Shown here: positions 27,001 to 39,350 of the stretch, in pieces
Position numbering within the stretch: position 1 is the stretch's first letter
Layout of the letters: each line of letters opens with the position of its first letter
Assembly: GCA_002269645.1 (NCBI GenBank)
Contig: NIVC01001954.1
Coordinates: forward strand, 1-64,000
Source: Macrostomum lignano
Lineage: Eukaryota
Length of the DNA stretch: 64,000 bases
Direction of reading: 5' to 3'
Position numbers and translations under genes: made by a program
The notes under the pieces: model-generated
What the model saw: the letters and a program-made list of their open reading frames with translations, nothing else
The model's database searches: none
Told to the model about the DNA's origin: nothing

Positions 27001-30000
27001 TGAAGACTAGATTGAGACTCGCATCCTCACCAACAATGGTCAAAGTGCAGATCAGTGAAGACTAGATTGAGACTCGCATCCTCACCAACAATGGTCAAAG
27101 TGCAGATCAGTGAAGACTAGATTGAGACTCGCATCCTCACCAACAATGGTCAAAGTGCAGATCAGTGAAGACTAGATTGAGACTCGCATCCTCACCAACA
27201 ATGGTCAAAGTGCAGATCAGTGAAGACTAGATTGAGACTCGCATCCTCACCAACAATGGTCAAAGTGCAGATCAGTGAAGACTAGATTGAGACTCGCATC
27301 CTCACCAACAATGGTCAAAGTGCAGATCAGTGAAGACCAGATTGAGACTCGCATCCTCACCAACAATGGTCAAAGTGCAGATCAGTGAAGACTAGATTGA
27401 GACTCGCATCCTCACCAACAATGGTCAAAGTGCAGATCAGTGAAGACTAGATTGAGACTCGCATCCTCACCAACAATGGTCAAAGTGCAGATCAGTGAAG
27501 ACTAGATTGAGACTCGCATCCTCACCAACAATGGTCAAAGTGCAGATCAGTGAAGACTAGATTGAGACTCGCATCCTCACCAACAATGGTCAAAGTGCAG
27601 ATCAGTGAAGACTAGATTGAGACTCGCATCCTCACCAACAATGGTCAAAGTGCAGATCAGTGAAGACTAGATTGAGACTCGCATCCTCACCAACAATGGT
27701 CAAAGTGCAGATCAGTGAAGACTAGATTGAGACTCGCATCCTCACCAACAATGGTCAAAGTGCAGATCAGTGAAGACTAGATTGAGACTCGCATCCTCAC
27801 CAACAATGGTCAAAGTGCAGATCAGTGAAGACTAGATTGAGACTCGCATCCTCACCAACAATGGTCAAAGTGCAGATCAGTGAAGACTAGATTGAGACTC
27901 GCATCCTCACCAACAATGGTCAAAGTGCAGATCAGTGAAGACTAGATTGAGACTCGCATCCTCACCAACAATGGTCAAAGTGCAGATCAGTGAAGACTAG
28001 ATTGAGACTCGCATCCTCACCAACAATGGTCAAAGTGCAGATCAGTGAAGACTAGATTGAGACTCGCATCCTCACCAACAATGGTCAAAGTGCAGATCAG
28101 TGAAGACTAGATTGAGACTCGCATCCTCACCAACAATGGTCAAAGTGCAGATCAGTGAAGACTAGATTGAGACTCGCATCCTCACCAACAATGGTCAAAG
28201 TGCAGATCAGTGAAGACTAGATTGAGACTCGCATCCTCACCAACAATGGTCAAAGTGCAGATCAGTGAAGACTAGATTGAGACTCGCATCCTCACCAACA
28301 ATGGTCAAAGTGCAGATCAGTGAAGACTAGATTGAGACTCGCATCCTCACCAACAATGGTCAAAGTGCAGATCAGTGAAGACTAGATTGAGACTCGCATC
28401 CTCACCAACAATGGTCAAAGTGCAGATCAGTGAAGACTAGATTGAGACTCGCATCCTCACCAACAATGGTCAAAGTGCAGATCAGTGAAGACTAGATTGA
28501 GACTCGCATCCTCACCAACAATGGTCAAAGTGCAGATCAGTGAAGACTAGATTGAGACTCGCATCCTCACCAACAATGGTCAAAGTGCAGATCAGTGAAG
28601 ACTAGATTGAGACTCGCATCCTCACCAACAATGGTCAAAGTGCAGATCAGTGAAGACTAGATTGAGACTCGCATCCTCACCAACAATGGTCAAAGTGCAG
28701 ATCAGTGAAGACTAGATTGAGACTCGCATCCTCACCAACAATGGTCAAAGTGCAGATCAGTGAAGACTAGATTGAGACTCGCATCCTCACCAACAATGGT
28801 CAAAGTGCAGATCAGTGAAGACTAGATTGAGACTCGCATCCTCACCAACAATGGTCAAAGTGCAGATCAGTGAAGACTAGATTGAGACTCGCATCCTCAC
28901 CAACAATGGTCAAAGTGCAGATCAGTGAAGACTAGATTGAGACTCGCATCCTCACCAACAATGGTCAAAGTGCAGATCAGTGAAGACTAGATTGAGACTC
29001 GCATCCTCACCAACAATGGTCAAAGTGCAGATCAGTGAAGACTAGATTGAGACTCGCATCCTCACCAACAATGGTCAAAGTGCAGATCAGTGAAGACTAG
29101 ATTGAGACTCGCATCCTCACCAACAATGGTCAAAGTGCAGATCAGTGAAGACTAGATTGAGACTCGCATCCTCACCAACAATGGTCAAAGTGCAGATCAG
29201 TGAAGACTAGATTGAGACTCGCATCCTCACCAACAATGGTCAAAGTGCAGATCAGTGAAGACTAGATTGAGACTCGCATCCTCACCAACAATGGTCAAAG
29301 TGCAGATCAGTGAAGACTAGATTGAGACTCGCATCCTCACCAACAATGGTCAAAGTGCAGATCAGTGAAGACTAGATTGAGACTCGCATCCTCACCAACA
29401 ATGGTCAAAGTGCAGATCAGTGAAGACTAGATTGAGACTCGCATCCTCACCAACAATGGTCAAAGTGCAGATCAGTGAAGGCCAGATTGAGACTCGCATC
29501 CTCACCAACAATGGTCAAAGTGCAGATCAGTGAAGACCAGATTGAGACTCGCATCCTCACCAACAATGGTCAAAGTGCAGATCAGTGAAGACTAGATTGA
29601 GACTCGCATCCTCACCAACAATGGTCAAAGTGCAGATCAGTGAAGACTAGATTGAGACTCGCATCCTCACCAACAATGGTCAAAGTGCAGATCAGTGAAG
29701 ACTAGATTGAGACTCGCATCCTCACCAACAATGGTCAAAGTGCAGATCAGTGAAGACTAGATTGAGACTCGCATCCTCACCAACAATGGTCAAAGTGCAG
29801 ATCAGTGAAGACTAGATTGAGACTCGCATCCTCACCAACAATGGTCAAAGTGCAGATCAGTGAAGACTAGATTGAGACTCGCATCCTCACCAACAATGGT
29901 CAAAGTGCAGATCAGTGAAGACTAGATTGAGACTCGCATCCTCACCAACAATGGTCAAAGTGCAGATCAGTGAAGACTAGATTGAGACTCGCATCCTCAC

Positions 30001-33000
30001 CAACAATGGTCAAAGTGCAGATCAGTGAAGACTAGATTGAGACTCGCATCCTCACCAACAATGGTCAAAGTGCAGATCAGTGAAGACTAGATTGAGACTC
30101 GCATCCTCACCAACAATGGTCAAAGTGCAGATCAGTGAAGACTAGATTGAGACTCGCATCCTCACCAACAATGGTCAAAGTGCAGATCAGTGAAGACTAG
30201 ATTGAGACTCGCATCCTCACCAACAATGGTCAAAGTGCAGATCAGTGAAGACTAGATTGAGACTCGCATCCTCACCAACAATGGTCAAAGTGCAGATCAG
30301 TGAAGGCCAGATTGAGACTCGCATCCTCACCAACAATGGTCAAAGTGCAGATCAGTGAAGACTAGATTGAGACTCGCATCCTCACCAACAATGGTCAAAG
30401 TGCAGATCAGTGAAGACTAGATTGAGACTCGCATCCTCACCAACAATGGTCAAAGTGCAGATCAGTGAAGACTAGATTGAGACTCGCATCCTCACCAACA
30501 ATGGTCAAAGTGCAGATCAGTGAAGACTAGATTGAGACTCGCATCCTCACCAACAATGGTCAAAGTGCAGATCAGTGAAGACTAGATTGAGACTCGCATC
30601 CTCACCAACAATGGTCAAAGTGCAGATCAGTGAAGACTAGATTGAGACTCGCATCCTCACCAACAATGGTCAAAGTGCAGATCAGTGAAGACTAGATTGA
30701 GACTCGCATCCTCACCAACAATGGTCAAAGTGCAGATCAGTGAAGACTAGATTGAGACTCGCATCCTCACCAACAATGGTCAAAGTGCAGATCAGTGAAG
30801 ACTAGATTGAGACTCGCATCCTCACCAACAATGGTCAAAGTGCAGATCAGTGAAGACTAGATTGAGACTCGCATCCTCACCAACAATGGTCAAAGTGCAG
30901 ATCAGTGAAGACTAGATTGAGACTCGCATCCTCACCAACAATGGTCAAAGTGCAGATCAGTGAAGACTAGATTGAGACTCGCATCCTCACCAACAATGGT
31001 CAAAGTGCAGATCAGTGAAGACTAGATTGAGACTCGCATCCTCACCAACAATGGTCAAAGTGCAGATCAGTGAAGACTAGATTGAGACTCGCATCCTCAC
31101 CAACAATGGTCAAAGTGCAGATCAGTGAAGACTAGATTGAGACTCGCATCCTCACCAACAATGGTCAAAGTGCAGATCAGTGAAGACTAGATTGAGACTC
31201 GCATCCTCACCAACAATGGTCAAAGTGCAGATCAGTGAAGACTAGATTGAGACTCGCATCCTCACCAACAATGGTCAAAGTGCAGATCAGTGAAGACTAG
31301 ATTGAGACTCGCATCCTCACCAACAATGGTCAAAGTGCAGATCAGTGAAGACTAGATTGAGACTCGCATCCTCACCAACAATGGTCAAAGTGCAGATCAG
31401 TGAAGGCCAGATTGAGACTCGCATCCTCACCAACAATGGTCAAAGTGCAGATCAGTGAAGACTAGATTGAGACTCGCATCCTCACCAACAATGGTCAAAG
31501 TGCAGATCAGTGAAGACTAGATTGAGACTCGCATCCTCACCAACAATGGTCAAAGTGCAGATCAGTGAAGACTAGATTGAGACTCGCATCCTCACCAACA
31601 ATGGTCAAAGTGCAGATCAGTGAAGACTAGATTGAGACTCGCATCCTCACCAACAATGGTCAAAGTGCAGATCAGTGAAGACTAGATTGAGACTCGCATC
31701 CTCACCAACAATGGTCAAAGTGCAGATCAGTGAAGACTAGATTGAGACTCGCATCCTCACCAACAATGGTCAAAGTGCAGATCAGTGAAGACTAGATTGA
31801 GACTCGCATCCTCACCAACAATGGTCAAAGTGCAGATCAGTGAAGACTAGATTGAGACTCGCATCCTCACCAACAATGGTCAAAGTGCAGATCAGTGAAG
31901 ACTAGATTGAGACTCGCATCCTCACCAACAATGGTCAAAGTGCAGATCAGTGAAGACTAGATTGAGACTCGCATCCTCACCAACAATGGTCAAAGTGCAG
32001 ATCAGTGAAGACTAGATTGAGACTCGCATCCTCACCAACAATGGTCAAAGTGCAGATCAGTGAAGACTAGATTGAGACTCGCATCCTCACCAACAATGGT
32101 CAAAGTGCAGATCAGTGAAGACTAGATTGAGACTCGCATCCTCACCAACAATGGTCAAAGTGCAGATCAGTGAAGACTAGATTGAGACTCGCATCCTCAC
32201 CAACAATGGTCAAAGTGCAGATCAGTGAAGACTAGATTGAGACTCGCATCCTCACCAACAATGGTCAAAGTGCAGATCAGTGAAGACTAGATTGAGACTC
32301 GCATCCTCACCAACAATGGTCAAAGTGCAGATCAGTGAAGACTAGATTGAGACTCGCATCCTCACCAACAATGGTCAAAGTGCAGATCAGTGAAGACTAG
32401 ATTGAGACTCGCATCCTCACCAACAATGGTCAAAGTGCAGATCAGTGAAGACTAGATTGAGACTCGCATCCTCACCAACAATGGTCAAAGTGCAGATCAG
32501 TGAAGACTAGATTGAGACTCGCATCCTCACCAACAATGGTCAAAGTGCAGATCAGTGAAGACTAGATTGAGACTCGCATCCTCACCAACAATGGTCAAAG
32601 TGCAGATCAGTGAAGACTAGATTGAGACTCGCATCCTCACCAACAATGGTCAAAGTGCAGATCAGTGAAGACTAGATTGAGACTCGCATCCTCACCAACA
32701 ATGGTCAAAGTGCAGATCAGTGAAGACTAGATTGAGACTCGCATCCTCACCAACAATGGTCAAAGTGCAGATCAGTGAAGACTAGATTGAGACTCGCATC
32801 CTCACCAACAATGGTCAAAGTGCAGATCAGTGAAGACTAGATTGAGACTCGCATCCTCACCAACAATGGTCAAAGTGCAGATCAGTGAAGACTAGATTGA
32901 GACTCGCATCCTCACCAACAATGGTCAAAGTGCAGATCAGTGAAGGCCAGATTGAGACTCGCATCCTCACCAACAATGGTCAAAGTGCAGATCAGTGAAG

Positions 33001-36000
33001 ACTAGATTGAGACTCGCATCCTCACCAACAATGGTCAAAGTGCAGATCAGTGAAGACTAGATTGAGACTCGCATCCTCACCAACAATGGTCAAAGTGCAG
33101 ATCAGTGAAGACTAGATTGAGACTCGCATCCTCACCAACAATGGTCAAAGTGCAGATCAGTGAAGACTAGATTGAGACTCGCATCCTCACCAACAATGGT
33201 CAAAGTGCAGATCAGTGAAGACTAGATTGAGACTCGCATCCTCACCAACAATGGTCAAAGTGCAGATCAGTGAAGACTAGATTGAGACTCGCATCCTCAC
33301 CAACAATGGTCAAAGTGCAGATCAGTGAAGACTAGATTGAGACTCGCATCCTCACCAACAATGGTCAAAGTGCAGATCAGTGAAGACTAGATTGAGACTC
33401 GCATCCTCACCAACAATGGTCAAAGTGCAGATCAGTGAAGGCCAGATTGAGACTCGCATCCTCACCAACAATGGTCAAAGTGCAGATCAGTGAAGGCTAG
33501 ATTGAGACTCGCATCCTCACCAACAATGGTCAAAGTGCAGATCAGTGAAGGCCAGATTGAGACTCGCATCCTCACCAACAATGGTCAAAGTGCAGATCAG
33601 TGAAGGCTAGATTGAGACTCGCATCCTCACCAACAATGGTCAAAGTGCAGATCAGTGAAGACCAGATTGAGACTCGCATCCTCACCAACAATGGTCAAAG
33701 TGCAGATCAGTGAAGACTAGATTGAGACTCGCATCCTCACCAACAATGGTCAAAGTGCAGATCAGTGAAGACTAGATTGAGACTCGCATCCTCACCAACA
33801 ATGGTCAAAGTGCAGATCAGTGAAGACTAGATTGAGACTCGCATCCTCACCAACAATGGTCAAAGTGCAGATCAGTGAAGACTAGATTGAGACTCGCATC
33901 CTCACCAACAATGGTCAAAGTGCAGATCAGTGAAGACTAGATTGAGACTCGCATCCTCACCAACAATGGTCAAAGTGCAGATCAGTGAAGACTAGATTGA
34001 GACTCGCATCCTCACCAACAATGGTCAAAGTGCAGATCAGTGAAGACTAGATTGAGACTCGCATCCTCACCAACAATGGTCAAAGTGCAGATCAGTGAAG
34101 ACTAGATTGAGACTCGCATCCTCACCAACAATGGTCAAAGTGCAGATCAGTGAAGACTAGATTGAGACTCGCATCCTCACCAACAATGGTCAAAGTGCAG
34201 ATCAGTGAAGACTAGATTGAGACTCGCATCCTCACCAACAATGGTCAAAGTGCAGATCAGTGAAGACTAGATTGAGACTCGCATCCTCACCAACAATGGT
34301 CAAAGTGCAGATCAGTGAAGGAGAGACTCTCATCCTCACCAACAATGGTCAAAGTGCAGATCAGTGAAGACTAGATTGAGACTCGCATCCTCACCAACAA
34401 TGGTCAAAGTGCAGATCAGTGAAGACTAGATTGAGACTCGCATCCTCACCAACAATGGTCAAAGTGCAGATCAGTGAAGACTAGATTGAGACTCGCATCC
34501 TCACCAACAATGGTCAAAGTGCAGATCAGTGAAGACTAGATTGAGACTCGCATCCTCACCAACAATGGTCAAAGTGCAGATCAGTGAAGACTAGATTGAG
34601 ACTCGCATCCTCACCAACAATGGTCAAAGTGCAGATCAGTGAAGGCCAGATTGAGACTCGCATCCTCACCAACAATGGTCAAAGTGCAGATCAGTGAAGA
34701 CCAGATTGAGACTCGCATCCTCACCAACAATGGTCAAAGTGCAGATCAGTGAAGACTAGATTGAGACTCGCATCCTCACCAACAATGGTCAAAGTGCAGA
34801 TCAGTGAAGACCAGATTGAGACTCGCATCCTCACCAACAATGGTCAAAGTGCAGATCAGTGAAGACTAGATTGAGACTCGCATCCTCACCAACAATGGTC
34901 AAAGTGCAGATCAGTGAAGACTAGATTGAGACTCGCATCCTCACCAACAATGGTCAAAGTGCAGATCAGTGAAGACTAGATTGAGACTCGCATCCTCACC
35001 AACAATGGTCAAAGTGCAGATCAGTGAAGACTAGATTGAGACTCGCATCCTCACCAACAATGGTCAAAGTGCAGATCAGTGAAGGCCAGATTGAGACTCG
35101 CATCCTCACCAACAATGGTCAAAGTGCAGATCAGTGAAGGCCAGATTGAGACTCGCATCCTCACCAACAATGGTCAAAGTGCAGATCAGTGAAGGCCAGA
35201 TTGAGACTCGCATCCTCACCAACAATGGTCAAAGTGCAGATCAGTGAAGGCCAGATTGAGACTCGCATCCTCACCAACAATGGTCAAAGTGCAGATCAGT
35301 GAAGGCCAGATTGAGACTCGCATCCTCACCAACAATGGTCAAAGTGCAGATCAGTGAAGGCTAGATTGAGACTCGCATCCTCACCAACAATGGTCAAAGT
35401 GCAGATCAGTGAAGACTAGATTGAGACTCGCATCCTCACCAACAATGGTCAAAGTGCAGATCAGTGAAGGCTAGATTGAGACTCGCATCCTCACCAACAA
35501 TGGTCAAAGTGCAGATCAGTGAAGACTAGATTGAGACTCGCATCCTCACCAACAATGGTCAAAGTGCAGATCAGTGAAGACTAGATTGAGACTCGCATCC
35601 TCACCAACAATGGTCAAAGTGCAGATCAGTGAAGACTAGATTGAGACTCGCATCCTCACCAACAATGGTCAAAGTGCAGATCAGTGAAGACTAGATTGAG
35701 ACTCGCATCCTCACCAACAATGGTCAAAGTGCAGATCAGTGAAGACTAGATTGAGACTCGCATCCTCACCAACAATGGTCAAAGTGCAGATCAGTGAAGA
35801 CTAGATTGAGACTCGCATCCTCACCAACAATGGTCAAAGTGCAGATCAGTGAAGGCCAGATTGAGACTCGCATCCTCACCAACAATGGTCAAAGTGCAGA
35901 TCAGTGAAGACTAGATTGAGACTCGCATCCTCACCAACAATGGTCAAAGTGCAGATCAGTGAAGACTAGATTGAGACTCGCATCCTCACCAACAATGGTC

Positions 36001-37699
36001 AAAGTGCAGATCAGTGAAGGCCAGATTGAGACTCGCATCCTCACCAACAATGGTCAAAGTGCAGATCAGTGAAGACTAAATTGAGACTCGCATCCTCACC
36101 AACAATGGTCAAAGTGCAGATCAGTGAAGACTAGATTGAGACCGGCATCCTCACCAACAATGGTCAAAGTGCAGATTGGTGCAGAAAAGCTTAATTGGGG
36201 AAGTTCGAACATAAAGTCTGTTTTTTCCTTAAACCGTCTCTCTTTCTGGCTTGCAGGAGGCGGAGCGGAAGCGATGGGCTGAGCTCAACCGCCAGAGGAA
36301 ATGGCAGCGCCGGGTTCTGGGAGGCGGCGGCGGAGGCGGCGGAGGCAACGGTCACAGGGACAGCCTGTCCGAGGCGGACGACTTCCTGTCCGTGCCCAGG
36401 GTGGCCTCGTTCCGGCAGTTGAACCTGGAAGCTCAGAACCGAGAGGCCAGCCCGAATAATAGCGAGGACGAGTACCGGCTGACCGTGTCGCATCCCGAGG
36501 TGGGCTGCCCGGGATGGGAGCCCTGTGTGTCTGGATTGCTGTCCAGATGACTGGGTTTTGGTTGTTATGAAGGGGTTTAGTGTGTTTTTATGTGTTTAGA
36601 TGAGGGTCTGTGTGTTTAGATGAGCGTTTGTGTGTTTAGGTAAGGGTTTGTGTGTTTAGATGAGGATTTGTGTGTTTAGATGAGGGTTTGTGTGTTTAGA
36701 TAAGGGTTTGTGTGTTTAGATGAGAGTTTGTGTGTTTAGATGAGGGTTTGTGGGTTTAGATGGGGGTTTGTGTGTTTAGATAAGGGTTTGTGTGTTTAGA
36801 TGAGGGTTTGTGGGTTTAGATGAGGGTTTGTGTGTTTAGATGAGGGTTTGTGTGTTTAGATGAGGGTTTGTGTGCTTAGATGAGGGTTTGTGTGTTTAGA
36901 TGAGGGTTTGTGTGTTTAGATGAGAGTTTGTGTATTTATATGAGGGTTTGTGTGTTTATATGAGGGTTTGTGTGCTTAGATGAGGGTTAGTGTGTTTAGA
37001 TGAGGGTTTGTGTGTTTAGATGAGGGTTTGTGTGCTTAGATGAGGGTTTGTGTGTTTAGATGAGGGTTTGTGTGTTTAGATGAGAGTTTGTGTATTTATA
37101 TGAGGGTTTGTGTGTTTATATGAGGGTTTGTGTGCTTAGATGAGGGTTAGTGTGTTTAGATGAGGGTTTGTGTGTTTAGATGAGAGTTTGTGTGTTTAGA
37201 TGAGGGTTAGTGTGTTTAGATGAGGGTTAGTGTGTTTGGGGTTAGGGTTAGGGTGTTTAGGATTTGGGTTCCTTCAATCCAATTCCGTCCACTCCGCTAA
37301 CCTCTGAGTACGCACACGCAGTACGTAAGCGCGGATACGCACGCAGGCACACGCTCACACAGGGTGTGCAGCGGTCCGGACCTTCCTATCATCAGGCATG
37401 TACAATCTCCCTGCCCTCACGAGTGAGATTCGCACCTCAGATCCGTGCACAAGTCCCAAGTTAATATGTTCGCGCACAGAGTCGAACCAGGGACTCTGGC
37501 GCGACAACCAGATGTGTTTACCGCTGCTGTCCCGGAACTCCCGCAGCTGGGCATCGCCCCCGCCGCCGCCGTCGCTCCCGCCGTGGTTGAAGCGGCCGCG
37601 GCTGAGCAGCACCTTGGCTTTCTGGACGCCTACGACGAGGACGGCGAGCCGCGCCACCCGGCACAGCCGCCGCCAATCGATAGAGGCGCCAGGACCTGA
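59..37699 (+). CDS. ITPR: Divergent inositol 1,4,5-trisphosphate receptor / RyR-superfamily intracellular channel, 3' part (5' end lies upstream of the window)
   Basis: Exons joined by splice site and phase: 59-131 (tentative), 444-581, 653-835, 1109-1265, 1352-1549, 2415-2471, 2568-2786, 3165-3437, 4641-4933, 5878-5986, 7147-7265, 7360-7655, 8288-8691, 9377-9546, 10550-10900, 13213-13350, 36257-36499, 37547-37699 (TGA). Motifs: RIH-associated LKVLASICDGQHFGLQNYLREQ, EFCAGNQEN, EVGFTFYVILARL, SKIRDF-like STKIRDF, six TM segments, S6 LNIIFGIIVDTFSELR, C2H2 CFICS...HVRNEHNMWAY, DFFPMNRALCL. Apparent 1-nt deletions near 131, 559 and 4865. Confidence 0.93.
902..981 (+). tRNA. tRNA-Met(CAT), elongator type, with 7-nt insertion in the variable loop (intronic)
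   Basis: GCCTCGTTAGCGCAGTAGGTAGCGCGTCAGTCTCATAATCTGAAGG[AGTTCGA]TCGTGAGTTCGATCCTCACACGGGGCA. Anticodon CAT at 935-937; T-run terminator just downstream. Without 948-954 it matches the conserved metazoan elongator tRNA-Met as I recall it. Confidence 0.85.
1665..2305. repeat. 41/42-bp intronic minisatellite, about 15 copies
   Basis: Unit ACCAGAGAGGGCATCACAACCAGCTATTGGTGACTTTAGTA with GTGG/GTAAA variants. Confidence 0.95.
4023..4440 (-). mobile_element. Degenerate 3' fragment of a non-LTR retrotransposon (RNase H-adjacent Cys/His motif; R1/LOA/I-like)
   Basis: Minus-strand translation RRDIMAVT...SLGIVTSS...PFCLSGDENAKHFICECPAFTQDRLTYLG resembles the C-terminal CxxC..E..HxxCxC knuckle of LINE ORF2. 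Frame is disrupted; located in an intron. Confidence 0.7.
5035..5850. repeat. 26-bp intronic minisatellite, about 31 copies
   Basis: Unit GAATCCCA(T/A)AATGATCTCCATCACCA; ends just before the acceptor of exon 5878. Confidence 0.95.
6219..6239 (+). CDS. Candidate 21-nt symmetric (phase 1-1) microexon of the ITPR-like gene
   Basis: TTGCAG|ATTCAGACCCGTATGGAAGAG|GTAAAC. In frame it inserts DSDPYGR between exons 5878-5986 and 7147-7265. Confidence 0.5.
6675..7100. repeat. Polypyrimidine/polypurine low-complexity tandem repeat
   Basis: (CCCTCTTCTCCCCA)-like units, almost no G on the + strand. Confidence 0.9.
7750..8240. repeat. CCAAT-box-containing repeat: about 25-bp subunits in a 75-bp higher-order unit
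   Basis: AGCCAATCAGATT recurs about every 25 bp; 75-bp period over 7900-8180. Confidence 0.9.
8706..9310. repeat. 14-bp intronic minisatellite, about 43 copies
   Basis: Unit TCTAGTCAGTTGT(T/C). Confidence 0.95.
9647..10495. repeat. 20-bp intronic minisatellite, about 42 copies
   Basis: Unit TCACTCTACTGTCTCCTCTG. Confidence 0.95.
10966..11838. repeat. 24-bp intronic minisatellite, about 36 copies
   Basis: Unit GGGTGTCGGAGAGGGCGCCA(TTTC/CTTT). It explains six repetitive ORFs. Confidence 0.95.
12094..13160. repeat. 24/26-bp two-variant minisatellite, about 42 copies
   Basis: Units CCGTGTGCCTGTGTACATGCACAAT-type and CCGTGTGCCTGTGTACATGTACGCAT-type interspersed. Confidence 0.95.
13592..36175. 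repeat. 55-bp satellite array, about 410 copies (22.6 kb), inside ITPR-like intron 13351-36256
   Basis: Unit GATCAGTGAAGACTAGATTGAGACTCGCATCCTCACCAACAATGGTCAAAGTGCA. No spacers, and no ORF called in any frame across the array. Confidence 0.98.
36590..37235. repeat. 20-bp minisatellite followed by short (TTAGGG) units
   Basis: Unit TGTGTGTTTAGATGAGGGTT; GGGTTAGGGTTAGGG at about 37238-37253. Confidence 0.92.
37285..37533 (-). mobile_element. tRNA-derived SINE-like element
   Basis: Minus strand: A-box-like ACAGCAGCGG, B-box GGTTCGACTC (37488-37479), then the core TGTACATGCCTGATGATA...GGACCGCTGCACACCCTGTGTGAGCGTGTGCCTG shared with the element at 62258-62525. Confidence 0.65.
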
Positions 37700-37844
37700 G
37701 CGCCACCTGAGCGCCACCTGAGCGCCACAAACCCCACCGAGTTCTGCGTTCGACCGGCTGGCAAAGCCTGCTTCAAAAAGCTGACTCGAGATGAAAAAAT
37801 CAAATGATTTACAAATTAAAAAATAACATTTTATTACTTCGTTA

Positions 37845-38277
<433 letters not shown>

Positions 38278-38623
38278 GACTCTCTGCTGTGGAGCTGCAG
38301 CAAGTTGTCAAGTGTTCGAGTTCTTTGTCCTACTGTTACTATAAGATTTCCATATCTCTCATAATATTGTATACTGTTTCCTATTCTCGTAATTATGCTT
38401 TTCTCAAATAGGTGAGACTTTAGAAATTAACCAGCACGTCGAGTTATTGATAGCGTCGAATTTTTACTCTGCATTATTAGCTTGAGCTGTTTCGTAAATC
38501 GTAGCTCTTAGTTCACTACACTCCGCTTTAAGCTTTTATTTTGTTATAGTTGAACCTTTAGTGAGCTCTAATGAAAATCACAAATAAAATTGCGTGTTTT
38601 ATTTTCAATATTCCCATGCCATT

Positions 38624-39350
38624 AGCGGTAGCGGAAGCGGAAGCGGTAGCGGAAGCGGTAGCGGAAGCGGTAGCGGAAGCGGTAGCGGAAGCGGTAGCGG
38701 AAGCGGTAGCGGAAGCGGTAGCGGAAGCGGTAGCGGAAGCGGTAGCGGAAGCGGTAGCGGAAGCGGTAGCGGAAGCGGTAGCGGAAGCGGTAGCGGAAGC
38801 GGTAGCGGAAGCGGTAGCGGAAGCGGTAGCGGAAGCGGTAGCGGAAGCGGTAGCGGAAGCGGTAGCGGAAGCGGTAGCGGAAGCGGTAGCGGAAGCGGTA
38901 GCGGAAGCGGTAGCGGAAGCGGTAGCGGAAGCGGTAGCGGAAGCGGTAGCGGAAGCGGTAGCGGAAGCGGTAGCGGAAGCGGTAGCGGAAGCGGTAGCGG
39001 AAGCGGTAGCGGAAGCGGTAGCGGAAGCGGTAGCGGAAGCGGTAGCGGAAGCGGTAGCGGAAGCGGTAGCGGAAGCGGTAGCGGAAGCGGTAGCGGAAGC
39101 GGTAGCGGAAGCGGTAGCGGAAGCGGTAGCGGAAGCGGTAGCGGAAGCGGTAGCGGAAGCGGTAGCGGAAGCGGTAGCGGAAGCGGTAGCGGAAGCGGTA
39201 GCGGAAGCGGTAGCGGAAGCGGTAGCGGAAGCGGTAGCGGAAGCGGTAGCGGAAGCGGTAGCGGAAGCGGTAGCGGAAGCGGTAGCGGAAGCGGTAGCGG
39301 AAGCGGTAGCGGAAGCGGTAGCGGAAGCGGTAGCGGAAGCGGTAGCGGAA
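38624..39350. repeat. 12-bp minisatellite (AGCGGT AGCGGA)n, about 60 copies
   Basis: Near-perfect array; source of the spurious (AEAV)n and (GS)n ORFs. Confidence 0.97.

Noticed and set aside
13592-36175. CRISPR-like array
   Set aside because: Head-to-tail monomers with no unique spacers and no cas genes, inside a spliceosomal intron.
13592-36175. Hammerhead ribozyme satellite or coding repeat
   Set aside because: No CTGANGA...GAAA core on either strand of the monomer, and no ORF called in any frame.
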